64,000 bases of DNA from Candidatus Micrarchaeota archaeon (GTDB lineage: Archaea; Micrarchaeota; Micrarchaeia; Anstonellales; Bilamarchaeaceae). Shown here piece after piece: positions 9,617-18,863 of this stretch. Made by a program: the position numbers and the translations under genes. The notes beneath the pieces were generated by a model, which did no database searches, was not told the origin of the DNA, and saw only the letters and a list, made by a program, of their open reading frames with translations. Numbering within the stretch: the first letter of the stretch is position 1; each line of letters begins with the position of its first letter. The stretch covers positions 3,581 through 67,580 of the forward strand of contig JAFGCC010000017.1 in assembly GCA_016932815.1 (NCBI GenBank), read 5' to 3'.

Positions 9617-9792
9617 AATAGGTAGGGATTTAGAGTGATAGCATATATAAATCTCACGCTCATAGCCGGAAGCTTTCTGGGATTTTCCGGATGGAGCCCA
9701 TCTTCCGGTTTTCGTGTTCTTCTAGCACGGCAGGCTGGCGCAGTCAGTTCGTTTTTTAACGCTAATCCGCAATATCCCTATGAGGCAGGAAA

Positions 9793-10278
9793 ATGTCGCC
9801 GGGAAAAGAAAGGTTCCAGCTCACTTCCACCGAATGGAAAAACGTAAGCGGGGAGCTAGAAGCAAGGGGCTATTCGGACGGAAAGGACTATATGCTAATT
9901 GAGAAGCCGTTTACCTTCCAGGTGGTCGTGACCACTTCAAACGACGAGATAAAAGGCCTTCTCCAAAGAGCCGGCGCGGAAAACAAGGGGCAGGTGGAAC
10001 TCAAGATTATAGTCCCGGAGAGGACAGTGGATGAAATCGTGCTCTTAGGTGGAACCACCAAGGACGAGGCAATAGCCGCAATAGAAGAGAGCGAAGGCGG
10101 CTACAAATACCGCCACGGGGTGAATTTCAACATTGAAGAGCGCGGAGGGGAATTAAGGGTTTCCCCAACCGACGATACCAAAGCGTGGGGCGACCTCTCA
10201 GACCTCCTAACGGGGGACAACAACCCGGTAATGGCCTCAAGGGCGCAAGAGGGCAAGCGGAAGAAGGCAACAGTATAA
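9793..10278 (+). CDS. hypothetical protein
   Basis: 161-aa ORF, ATG start, no recognisable motif. Confidence 0.45.
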   Translation: MSPGKERFQLTSTEWKNVSGELEARGYSDGKDYMLIEKPFTFQVVVTTSNDEIKGLLQRAGAENKGQVELKIIVPERTVDEIVLLGGTTKDEAIAAIEESEGGYKYRHGVNFNIEERGGELRVSPTDDTKAWGDLSDLLTGDNNPVMASRAQEGKRKKATV

Positions 10279-10332
10279 TGGAATTCCCGGCACCATCCGC
10301 ATATTTTTTAAACTTCAAGCGGGTAAAAATAT

Positions 10333-11034
10333 ATGATATTCATGAATGCCCACCCGTTTTCATCTTACAGCGATGCCCCAGAAGGATACAGGATACTAAA
10401 GCGAGAATGGGCCATGGTGGAAAACGTGCTAAATGCAAAAGGCAAGTTCGGCCCAGGATTAGATGAAAACGGAAACGAAACCCGCGGGGACTACCGCACA
10501 GAAGAGCGCAATGAAAAAGTGGGCATGGCAAACGAAGACGTAATCATCCTGCGCACAGACGACCCGGAAGTAAAGAAGCTCCTAGGAGAGCTCAAGAGCA
10601 AATCCGAAGAGCCGCACCTCTCAAGAGTAACCCCCGAATCCACGCTTCTCCCCAAGCTTCCCTCAAACGCAATCAAGCCCCTAGGCGAGATAGAGCATTA
10701 CGAAGAATACGAAATGGCAACGGTAGCTCCCATGAGTGCAAGGGACGTAAGAAAGGCATTCGAACACTACAACCGCGAATACAGGGAGCTAAACGGATTT
10801 AGGAAAATGGATGGGCAGCTCACAGAAATCCTAGAAAAGCGCCACTACACCCTCCAGGAGATAAGGAGGGATGGGCAAACCCACACCATGATTATCCCAA
10901 GCGAAGACGCACAGAGGAGGGAGGAACTCGACCGCGCAATGAACTCCGGGGAAGTCCCCATCGGGAAGACCTATTCAACCGAAATCCCGCAGGCCGAATC
11001 CACGGATGCGGGGAAGAAGAAGCTTCGAAGATAA
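10333..11034 (+). CDS. hypothetical protein
   Basis: 233-aa ORF, charged, no recognisable motif. Confidence 0.5.
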   Translation: MIFMNAHPFSSYSDAPEGYRILKREWAMVENVLNAKGKFGPGLDENGNETRGDYRTEERNEKVGMANEDVIILRTDDPEVKKLLGELKSKSEEPHLSRVTPESTLLPKLPSNAIKPLGEIEHYEEYEMATVAPMSARDVRKAFEHYNREYRELNGFRKMDGQLTEILEKRHYTLQEIRRDGQTHTMIIPSEDAQRREELDRAMNSGEVPIGKTYSTEIPQAESTDAGKKKLRR

Positions 11035-11110
11035 ATGCGGCACGCATCCCATTTGCGCACCCATCTCAATATAGGCAGGTTTATAAACACCTTTATACAC
11101 ATTACAACAC

Positions 11111-11893
11111 ATGAAGGAGAGAGGGCTGCATAAGAATCCACATGCTCGTAGGGCAGCCCCCGCCAAAAACCGCGGCTTCAAAAAGCCCCTCCCGCTAATT
11201 TCAAGCCTCGCAACCGGGGCGCTCCTTGCAATAATTGGCTCCCAGATGTTCTGCAAGCCCAAGGAAATCCCCCAGAACCAGCCCCCAGGGCGCCCGGTCC
11301 CCGCAATGGCGGAGAATGAGGCTCACAACAGGATAGATTACCTAAAAACCCTGATTGCGCAGAGAAAGAAAATCATGCGCTCAGGCAGCCGCAGCGCATC
11401 CGCGCAGGATGATTTCGAATCCTACAATGAAAGCCTTGCTTATATGCGTGTCCCAGAATTAAAGAGGCAGTGGAAATACTACAATATGCTAGCTAGGGCC
11501 GGAGCCTCCCCCCTCACCCCTTCGGGTAAAATTGACTGGGAAGAAGCCGGGAAGAAGGCAAGGGAAGCAGAAGAGAGGAAGAACGCTGCGGGAAGGGAAA
11601 TCGCAAGGAGAAAAGAAGCAGGGGAAAACGTCCAAACTCCGAAGGAAGAAAACACCAACCCCGACCCGGAGTGGCTAGGGGAGCTGCAAACCAAGTCCCT
11701 AGAAGAGCTCGGAGCCCTCCTAAAAGAGGAAATCGATGCAGTAACCGATGCGGCAAAATACTATTCCGATTCGGTGCGCGAAGGCGACGAAGCTGCCGCA
11801 AGCGACGCATTAACTGAATTCGAGGAAGCCTCAAGGCACATGAGGGCAATCAAGGAAGAAGGAAACAGGAAAGCCCGCAGCGATTTGCACTAA
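11111..11893 (+). CDS. membrane-anchored hypothetical protein (paralog 1 of tandem pair)
   Basis: N-terminal TM 'LPLISSLATGALLAIIGSQMF', charged low-complexity middle, helical C-term; homologous to next ORF (shared 'SxDDxQDDF' and C-terminal 'TDxxxYY...EADAL' segments); TATA-like 'gtttataaacac' about 25 nt upstream. Confidence 0.55.
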   Translation: MKERGLHKNPHARRAAPAKNRGFKKPLPLISSLATGALLAIIGSQMFCKPKEIPQNQPPGRPVPAMAENEAHNRIDYLKTLIAQRKKIMRSGSRSASAQDDFESYNESLAYMRVPELKRQWKYYNMLARAGASPLTPSGKIDWEEAGKKAREAEERKNAAGREIARRKEAGENVQTPKEENTNPDPEWLGELQTKSLEELGALLKEEIDAVTDAAKYYSDSVREGDEAAASDALTEFEEASRHMRAIKEEGNRKARSDLH

Positions 11894-11977
11894 GGCGGGG
11901 AAGAGTGCAGGCGCCGTTCCGAATAGTCCCCCTCGATACGAATTTATTGGAAATTATGTATAAACGTGGGGTTTATA

Positions 11978-12796
11978 ATGGCTATCCCACCCTATTATCA
12001 ACATATGGTGAGCCGCAGCCTGAACAAAATTCCAAGCCCCACAAGGCACAATCCCCCCGCCCAGAAGGCTAGATGGAAAAAACGGGCCGCCATGCTGGCT
12101 CCCCTCGTGGCAGCTGCGCTCGTTATCACACTTGGCAAATCCCGCTTGGGCAGCCACTCCCAGGGAATTCCCCAGGAGCCTGGGGGCAAGCGCCCCGTTC
12201 CGGGGAGTGCCGAAGGAAATCCGGATAAGGGGGAGAGGGGCAGGAAGGTGAATGCCCTGAAGTCCCTGCTAAAAACGAGGAAGCAATTGCAGGAAGCCAA
12301 AAGGCGCTTATCATCGGATGATTCCCAGGATGATTTCAAATTATGGAAGCGGGACCTGATGTTCAAGTCCCTGGAGGAACTGAACATGGAGTGGTGCCAC
12401 CAGACCTGGAGGATTCTGCACCCCCAAGAGTGCGCGCCCGGCCAATCGGATTGCGAAAATAGGGAAGAATCCGCGCAGGACCCCTGGGCAAGCAGGGAAG
12501 CAGTAGAAGAGGAGATGATAAAGAGGTGGGGCGAAGGCGAGCGGCCAGAAGAAAAGGAAAAAACAAACGAGCAGCGCAACTGGGCCGCAGCCCTAAAAGA
12601 GAGGACCGATTCCGAGATAGAATACTTCCTAGACGGAGAGCTCCGGCTGGCTTTGCGCGCAACAGACTATTACAACCTGGCAATTGAAGTGGGAAATGAA
12701 GATGCGGAAGCCGACGCACTCGGATATTCCGAAGACTCCGCATGGAGGCTAAAAGCCCTGATGCGCGAAGCAAGCGGCAGGAACCTAATCCAATAG
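11978..12796 (+). CDS. membrane-anchored hypothetical protein (paralog 2 of tandem pair)
   Basis: Track start 11966 is GTG; ATG at 11978; N-terminal TM 'MLAPLVAAALVITLG'; similar to 11111..11893. Confidence 0.55.
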   Translation: MAIPPYYQHMVSRSLNKIPSPTRHNPPAQKARWKKRAAMLAPLVAAALVITLGKSRLGSHSQGIPQEPGGKRPVPGSAEGNPDKGERGRKVNALKSLLKTRKQLQEAKRRLSSDDSQDDFKLWKRDLMFKSLEELNMEWCHQTWRILHPQECAPGQSDCENREESAQDPWASREAVEEEMIKRWGEGERPEEKEKTNEQRNWAAALKERTDSEIEYFLDGELRLALRATDYYNLAIEVGNEDAEADALGYSEDSAWRLKALMREASGRNLIQ

Positions 12797-12806
12797 CCCC
12801 CAGGTT

Positions 12807-13775
12807 CTACTCGTTCTCCATCCCAAGAAGCATGATTTGCGCAAGCAAAGCCTCAATCTGTATGTGCTCGTTTGCCCCCTCAACCAGCCTAAAATCATAC
12901 TCCCCGACCTTGTCCACGAGCAAAACCTTCTTTTTCTCAGGTATCTCAAGGTTCACGATTTCCCTATAAATCTGCAGGATTATGTCCGAGCCGGACAGGC
13001 CATAGCGGGTGCTCAAATCCAGCAGCTTCCCCCGCGCATCAAGGAAGCGCCCGGAATAAGCCGCATCAACCATCTCCCGTATTTCCTTTGGGCGGGCCCT
13101 AGAAGAAATCTTGTAAACCAATTCCTCTGTAATCTTTTTTGAGTGTATCGCGGCCCCCTGCAATGCATTGGTGGCCTTCCTCATGTCCCCTCCGGAAACG
13201 TACGCAATTGCCTCTTCCGCCTTGGAATCAAGCTCAAGCCCCTCCCCGGATGCGATGTGCTTTAGCATCTTGTGGATTTGCGCATCGGTCAAAGGAAGGA
13301 AGCGGAACACCGCGCACCTGCTCTGCACAGGCTCGATTATTTTGGAGGAATAGTTGCAGGATAGTATGAAGCGGGTAACAGAAGAATACACCTCCATCGT
13401 CCTCCTGAGGGCGTGCTGCGCATCAGGAGTAAGGGCGTCCGCTTCATCTAGGAAAATCAGCTTGAACGGAACGTTCCCAATCGCAACGCTGCGCGCAAAG
13501 TCCTTGATTTTTCCGCGCACTATGTTTATCCCGCGCTCATCGGAGGCGTTCAATTCAAGGAGGCTCCCCTCGCTATGCTTTCCACACAAGTCGCGCGCAA
13601 GGGCAAGGGTTGCGGTGGTCTTGCCGATTCCGGGCGGCCCCGCAAAGAGCATGTTCGGCATGTTCCTAGCCTCAACAAAAGCCTTCAATGAATTTACCGT
13701 TTCTTCCTGCCCCACGACTTCGGAGAGGGTCTTGGGGCGGTATTTCTCCGTCCAAGGCAAAAATTCCGATTCCAT
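12807..13775 (-). CDS. rfcS: replication factor C small subunit
   Basis: 'LPWTEKYRPKTLSEVVGQ', 'LFAGPPGIGKTTA', 'LDEADAL', 'SCN' sensor; track ORF extends 71 codons further upstream, ATG at 13775 ('MESEFLPW') chosen. Confidence 0.85.
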   Translation of the reverse strand: MESEFLPWTEKYRPKTLSEVVGQEETVNSLKAFVEARNMPNMLFAGPPGIGKTTATLALARDLCGKHSEGSLLELNASDERGINIVRGKIKDFARSVAIGNVPFKLIFLDEADALTPDAQHALRRTMEVYSSVTRFILSCNYSSKIIEPVQSRCAVFRFLPLTDAQIHKMLKHIASGEGLELDSKAEEAIAYVSGGDMRKATNALQGAAIHSKKITEELVYKISSRARPKEIREMVDAAYSGRFLDARGKLLDLSTRYGLSGSDIILQIYREIVNLEIPEKKKVLLVDKVGEYDFRLVEGANEHIQIEALLAQIMLLGMENE

Positions 13776-13860
13776 AAATATGCACCCACTTTGATAATTC
13801 CGCTTTTTCGGTAAATAAGAATATAAAGATTGTCCATGAAGTTCCCATACAGTGGTCATT

Positions 13861-14547
13861 ATGGACAGAGTGGAAACAGGAATATCAGGCCTCGATGAAG
13901 TTTTGGACGGGGGAATCCCAGTGCACAGGCACGTTGCCCTAAACGGCGGCCCCGGAGCATGCAAAACATCATTTTCATTTGAATACATATACAGGGGGGC
14001 GCAGAAAGGCGAAAACGGAATCTACATCACCCTGGAAGAAACCCCCGAAGACATAATCGAGAACATGACAGAGAGCTTCCCTGGCTTCAAGGACATGCAG
14101 CAGCTAATAGACGATGGCAAGCTGGAAATCGTGAAGCCGGACAAGCTCCTCCTAGAAGACATCGCAGAACTCCTAGAAGACCGGATTGCCAAAAACGACA
14201 TCAAGCGCGCGGTAATAGACTCTGCTACCATGATAAAGCTCGCGTTCAAGGACCCATCCGAATACCGCCAGACCATGTTCGAGTTCTTCTCGCTATTGCG
14301 CAACCTGGACATAACCGCAATCATGGTCGTAGAAGCCCCGAACCAGGACCTCGCAAGCTCCGCATTCGAAATTGAGCACTTCGTCATGGACGGAATCATA
14401 AACCTCTACAACCTCGGAAAAGCCGACCAGAGGGTAAAGGCCGTGGAAGTCTACAAGATGAGGGGAACCAACCACAGGAGGGAAAAAATACCCTTCAAGG
14501 TAACCCCCAACGGCATAAAGGTCTTCGTGGGCGAGAAGGTCTTTTGA
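13861..14547 (+). CDS. KaiC/RadA-like RecA-superfamily ATPase (single domain)
   Basis: 'GGIPVHRHVALNGGPGACKTSFSFEY' Walker A in KaiC-like context; track start is GTG 13852. Confidence 0.7.
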   Translation: MDRVETGISGLDEVLDGGIPVHRHVALNGGPGACKTSFSFEYIYRGAQKGENGIYITLEETPEDIIENMTESFPGFKDMQQLIDDGKLEIVKPDKLLLEDIAELLEDRIAKNDIKRAVIDSATMIKLAFKDPSEYRQTMFEFFSLLRNLDITAIMVVEAPNQDLASSAFEIEHFVMDGIINLYNLGKADQRVKAVEVYKMRGTNHRREKIPFKVTPNGIKVFVGEKVF

Positions 14548-14596
14548 AGAAGCCCGCCCATCAAGCCAATAACGGCCCCGGAGCATCTTTTGCAAT

Positions 14597-14792
14597 GGGA
14601 CGTCCCTTTTATTTCCTTTTCCCCGAACCGCGGAGGGGGAGCGCCCCCTCCCTCTTAGAAATCTGCGGATTTCTTCTCGTGAGCAGAGCTCACGACAGTT
14701 TGAGGGTTCGCCTCTTTGAGGCGAGTTGGAACCGAAGGTTCCCAGACTTCCTGACCCTCCCCCCATGAGACATCCCTTTTATTTCCTTTTCC
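14597..14792. repeat. 26-bp imperfect direct repeat pair flanking a 144-bp hairpin-rich GC-rich segment
   Basis: 'gggacgtcccttttatttccttttcc' at 14597-14622 and 'gagacatcccttttatttccttttcc' at 14767-14792 (2 mismatches); between them perfect stems GAGGGGG-AGCG-CCCCCTC, GTGAGC-AGA-GCTCAC, GGTTC-GCCTC-TTTG-AGGCG-AGTTG-GAACC. Confidence 0.6.
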
Positions 14793-14860
14793 GTTCTATT
14801 ATTCAGAGATACTATAGATAATCTGCATGTTTTAGCGGTATCCCAAAAGGTGCATCCAAA

Positions 14861-17707
14861 ATGTATAATCACAAGGAAGTTGAAAAAGAAGTCCTGGATT
14901 TCTGGGAGAAAAACGGGATTTACGAGAAAGTCAAAGCCTCAAGAAAAGGCGGAGAGAGCTACTATTTCTGCGACGGCCCCCCCTACGCAACGGGCCAAAT
15001 CCACCCCGGAACCGGATGGAACAAGTGCACAAAGGATGCAATCTGCCGCTTCCAGAGGGGCAGGGGAAAAAGCGTAAGAGTCCAGCCCGGATTCGACACC
15101 CACGGCCTCCCAATAGAGGTGAAAGTGGAAAAAGAGCTTGGCATAAAGAACAAGCAGGAGATAGAAACCTACGGAGTTGGAAAGTTCATCTCCAAATGCA
15201 AGGAGTTCGCAACCAAGTACGTCGGGGTAATGGGAAACCAGTTCCGCTCCTTAGGAGTCTGGATGGACTGGGACAACCCATACATAACCTACAAGGACGA
15301 TTACATAGAAGCGTCATGGGACGTGATAGCAAAAGCGAACGAGGCAGGGCTTCTCAGCCAGGGAGTCTATGTCCTCCCCTACTGCTTTAGGTGCGAAACC
15401 ACCATGGCCAATTACGAACTTGAATACGCGGACGAAACAGACCCCAGCATATTCGTTCGGTTCCGCATAAAAGAGCGCGACAACGAATTCCTAATAATCT
15501 GGACGACCACCCCCTGGACGCTGGTTGCGAACATGGCGGTAATGGTGCACCCCAACCTTCCGTATGTGAGGATAAAAGTGGGAAACGAGGTCTGGATTGT
15601 CGCAAAGGACCGCCTAGACTACATATTGGAACTAACAGGCGAAACGGGAACGGTCCTAGAAGAATTCATCGGCAAGAAGCTTGAGAAAGTAGGATACGAG
15701 CACCCCCTCTGCCACGCAATTGAGAAGGAGGCGGACCGCCAGGTTGTCCTAAGCGACGAATACGTTACCCTGGAAGAGGGAAGCGGCCTTGTGCACTGCG
15801 CGCCCGGCCACGGGCCAGAAGACTTCATAATCGGAAAAAGGTTTGGCATCGAGCCTTTCTGCCCGGTAGATGGGCAGGGCAATTACACCAAGGAGGCAGG
15901 AGCCCTGGCCGGAAAGAACGTGCGCTCCCAGAATCCCGTGATAATCAAGATGCTAGATGAGGTGGGCCTCCTCCTCAAAGAAGGCAGGATAAAGCACCGC
16001 TACCCGCACTGCTGGAGGTGCAAGACGCCGCTTATTTTCCGCACCACAAAGCAGTGGTTCATAACGATTTCAAAGCTGAAAGACAAGATGCAGCAGGAAA
16101 TATCCAACACCGCGTGGCACCCCGAATTTGCAAGGAGCCGCTTCTCCGATTTCGTGCGGGACGCGCCAGACTGGTGCATCTCCCGCCAGAGGTACTGGGG
16201 AATCCCGCTTCCAATCTGGCAGTGCGAATGCGGGGAGCGCAAGGTCGTTTCCAGCAGGAAGGAGCTTGGCGAAATAGAGGAGCTCCACCGCCCCTACATA
16301 GATGAGAAGAAATTCAAGTGCGAAAAATGCAAGAAGGAGATGCACAGGGTTCCCGACGTATTGGACGTATGGTTTGATTCGGGCAACGCGGTCTGGGCAT
16401 CCCTGGACAAAAAAGAGCGCGAACAATACTCGCAGGCGGACTGCATCCTAGAAGGCCAGGACCAGATAAGAGGGTGGTTCTATTCGCTCCTGGGCTCAGG
16501 GGTAGTAAAATACGGCAAGTGCCCATACAAGCGCGTCTTAATGCACGGATTCTTCGTGGATGAAAAGGGCGAGAAGATGAGCAAGTCCGTTGGCAATTTC
16601 ATCCCGATTGAGGAGATCCTAGAAAAATACGGCGCGGATTCGTTTAGGCTCTGGGGGCTCTCCAACACCCTGCATGAAGAGCAGAAGTTCAACTGGATTT
16701 CGCTGAAAGAGGCCCACGGAACCCTGGATGTCCTCTTCAACATGTACGTTTATCTTAGCCGCTTCTATCCGGAAAAGAAGATAATGCAGGCCAACCTGGA
16801 AAAAGAAGACAAGTGGATACTATCCCGGCTCAACAACTGCCGCAAGCAGTTCAACGCGGCATTTGAGCGCTACGAGATGAACGATGGGGTAAAGGCCCTG
16901 AGGAATTTCCTTGTGGAGGATTTGAGCAAGTTCTACATGAAAGTGGTAAAAGAGAGGATTGCAAAAGGCGAAGGCGAAGGGGCATTGTTCGCGGTTTATT
17001 CCTCGCTCCTGGGAGTCCTTAAAATGCTCTCGGTAATCTCGCCTTTCCTCCCCGAATACGTCTACCAGCAGTTCTACAAGAAGCACGAGGGAGAAGAATC
17101 AATATCCTTATATCCGCTGGCGGAAACCCGTGATGGGGAGATAAACCCGCTCCTAGAAAAGCAGTTTGAGTGCGCAAAGGAACTGGTGTCCTCCTTCCTG
17201 GAGTTGCGCCAGCAGAACAAGGTAAAGCTGCGCTGGCCGCTCGCGTGCGCCCACTTCCAGTCCGATTCGCACGAAATGGTCGATTCGGTCAACAACCTCT
17301 CTTCAATAATCTGCAGGCTGGTCAACGTGAAAGAGGTATCAGCCAGCGAGGAGCCCCTGGAATTCCCCTGCGCGGACTGCCCAGGAGGCAGGATTTACCT
17401 TGACTGCACGATGACGCAGGAGCTCTACTCCGAGGCAATATCAAACGAGATAAGCCGCAGGATACAGATGCTCCGCAAGGGCCTCGGGCTAGTGGAAAAG
17501 GACAAGGTCAAAGTGAAGCTGGATGCCACAGGAGAATTCCGCACGATAGTGGAGGAGAAAATGGAATCCATGCTCGCTTCCACCAACTCCGAATCAATAG
17601 AGTTCGCAGACCTCGCAGAGACAGGTGCGAAATCCTGGGATATAGACGGAAGGAACGTAGCCCTGGAAGTAGAGAAGGTAGAACCCAAAAAAGGCTCCAA
17701 AAAGTAG
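14861..17707 (+). CDS. ileS: isoleucyl-tRNA synthetase
   Basis: 'PPYATGQIHPGTGWNK' (HIGH-region variant), 'WCISRQRYWGIPLP', 'KMSKS', Zn-knuckles 'CWRCKTP' / 'CEKCKKEMHR'. Confidence 0.9.
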   Translation: MYNHKEVEKEVLDFWEKNGIYEKVKASRKGGESYYFCDGPPYATGQIHPGTGWNKCTKDAICRFQRGRGKSVRVQPGFDTHGLPIEVKVEKELGIKNKQEIETYGVGKFISKCKEFATKYVGVMGNQFRSLGVWMDWDNPYITYKDDYIEASWDVIAKANEAGLLSQGVYVLPYCFRCETTMANYELEYADETDPSIFVRFRIKERDNEFLIIWTTTPWTLVANMAVMVHPNLPYVRIKVGNEVWIVAKDRLDYILELTGETGTVLEEFIGKKLEKVGYEHPLCHAIEKEADRQVVLSDEYVTLEEGSGLVHCAPGHGPEDFIIGKRFGIEPFCPVDGQGNYTKEAGALAGKNVRSQNPVIIKMLDEVGLLLKEGRIKHRYPHCWRCKTPLIFRTTKQWFITISKLKDKMQQEISNTAWHPEFARSRFSDFVRDAPDWCISRQRYWGIPLPIWQCECGERKVVSSRKELGEIEELHRPYIDEKKFKCEKCKKEMHRVPDVLDVWFDSGNAVWASLDKKEREQYSQADCILEGQDQIRGWFYSLLGSGVVKYGKCPYKRVLMHGFFVDEKGEKMSKSVGNFIPIEEILEKYGADSFRLWGLSNTLHEEQKFNWISLKEAHGTLDVLFNMYVYLSRFYPEKKIMQANLEKEDKWILSRLNNCRKQFNAAFERYEMNDGVKALRNFLVEDLSKFYMKVVKERIAKGEGEGALFAVYSSLLGVLKMLSVISPFLPEYVYQQFYKKHEGEESISLYPLAETRDGEINPLLEKQFECAKELVSSFLELRQQNKVKLRWPLACAHFQSDSHEMVDSVNNLSSIICRLVNVKEVSASEEPLEFPCADCPGGRIYLDCTMTQELYSEAISNEISRRIQMLRKGLGLVEKDKVKVKLDATGEFRTIVEEKMESMLASTNSESIEFADLAETGAKSWDIDGRNVALEVEKVEPKKGSKK

Positions 17708-17740
17708 CCCCAAAAAGCGAATTGAAAAAGAGCGCTATTT

Positions 17741-17935
17741 TTATGCGCTCTTGAATTTCTTCCTTTTGTCCATTGCGGACCAGCAGTCCTTGCAGATGTA
17801 TAGCTTTCCGCCCTTTCCTGCCCTCTTTGAGCTTTTTATGCAGGAAACGCAGCACATCTTTTTGCAGTAGTCGCATTTGTCGAGTTTTGCGATTTTCCCG
17901 CCGCATCTTTCACAAACCATAATCGCCATAAACAT
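17741..17935 (-). CDS. small zinc-ribbon protein
   Basis: 64 aa with CxxC..CDYC..CCVSC..CKDC cysteine pairs and Lys-rich ends. Confidence 0.55.
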   Translation of the reverse strand: MFMAIMVCERCGGKIAKLDKCDYCKKMCCVSCIKSSKRAGKGGKLYICKDCWSAMDKRKKFKSA

Positions 17936-18004
17936 ACCTCTGGTAATGTAGGTTTCTATTCTTGCTTCAAAAGGTATTTAAAAGGTTGCAGGATATTCCA
18001 CTTC

Positions 18005-18439
18005 ATGGAGGAGATAACCAAGAGCCTCATATTCGCATTCCTGCTCCTATTAATCCTCTACTTATTCGGAACGCTCGTCTACCACAACCTGGAAGGCTGG
18101 AGCTGGGTGGACTGCCTCTACTTCATGACCGCGACGTTCACAACCGTCGGGTATGGGGACCTTGTCCCAACAAGCGACGCGGCGAAAATCTTCACCGTAT
18201 TCTTTATGTGGACCGGGATTTCAATCGGCTTCTACATGATATACACGATTTCCAAGTACCGCGAGGAGAAAATAGACCACCCGTTCCTCTCGTTCATCGG
18301 AAGGATTACCGACCGGGATCCCCGCAAGTCCCACAAGAGGATTCCCATGGACATGAAGCGCGTAGTGTATCCCGCGTATACCGGCACCACGGTCCTGGGG
18401 AAAACCCGCGCGCCTAAGAAGTATAAAAAGAAGCAGTAA
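18005..18439 (+). CDS. two-TM potassium channel
   Basis: Selectivity filter 'TTVGYGD' between two hydrophobic helices; TATA-like 'gtatttaaaagg' upstream. Confidence 0.8.
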   Translation: MEEITKSLIFAFLLLLILYLFGTLVYHNLEGWSWVDCLYFMTATFTTVGYGDLVPTSDAAKIFTVFFMWTGISIGFYMIYTISKYREEKIDHPFLSFIGRITDRDPRKSHKRIPMDMKRVVYPAYTGTTVLGKTRAPKKYKKKQ

Positions 18440-18821
18440 TCCGCGCACTCCTTATTATCGCGCTGACTCCCGTGGAGAATGCAAAAGCGAGTATGAGCCC
18501 CATCCCGCTAAGATAGTAGATTGCCAGCCACAAAACCGGAAACGCCATCCCCTTTAGGAGCTCCCCCACAATCCCCTCTTCAAGCGCTTCTTTTTGTTTT
18601 TTGGAGAGGCCCTTTAGGAATATGAGCATTTCGCCCATGCACACAGCTCCCGCCCCGATTATTGCGAGGGAGAAATCCCCTCCCCCGATTATGGAGTATG
18701 CCCCAAAGAGCAGGATTAGCCCCCCAATCCAGCTAACAACCCCTCCTGCCGCCCCGACTCCCCCCTTTAGGATTCCCCCTGCCGCTTCCCCAACCTTTCC
18801 TGTTATCCCCTCTTCCCGCAT
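18414..18821 (-). CDS. Gly-rich integral membrane protein, unknown function
   Basis: 135 aa, multiple hydrophobic helices. Confidence 0.45.
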   Translation of the reverse strand: MREEGITGKVGEAAGGILKGGVGAAGGVVSWIGGLILLFGAYSIIGGGDFSLAIIGAGAVCMGEMLIFLKGLSKKQKEALEEGIVGELLKGMAFPVLWLAIYYLSGMGLILAFAFSTGVSAIIRSARITASFYTS

Positions 18822-18863
18822 AATTTCGCCTTCCAGAGTGCCCCGGCTCCATCTCCCCGGGCT

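Noticed and set aside
9635-9847. 70-aa ORF between tRNA-Glu and the 9793 gene
   Set aside because: Low-complexity, no start context, overlaps the start of the better-supported 9793 ORF.
12807-13988. 393-aa version of the RFC small subunit ORF
   Set aside because: The extra 71 N-terminal codons are non-conserved and overlap the promoter region of the divergent KaiC-like gene. The canonical RFC N-terminus 'MESEFLPWTEKYRP' starts at the internal ATG (13775). No intein-like insertion seen.
14597-14792. Direct repeats considered as a CRISPR array
   Set aside because: Only two repeat copies, a 144-bp 'spacer', no further units and no cas genes.
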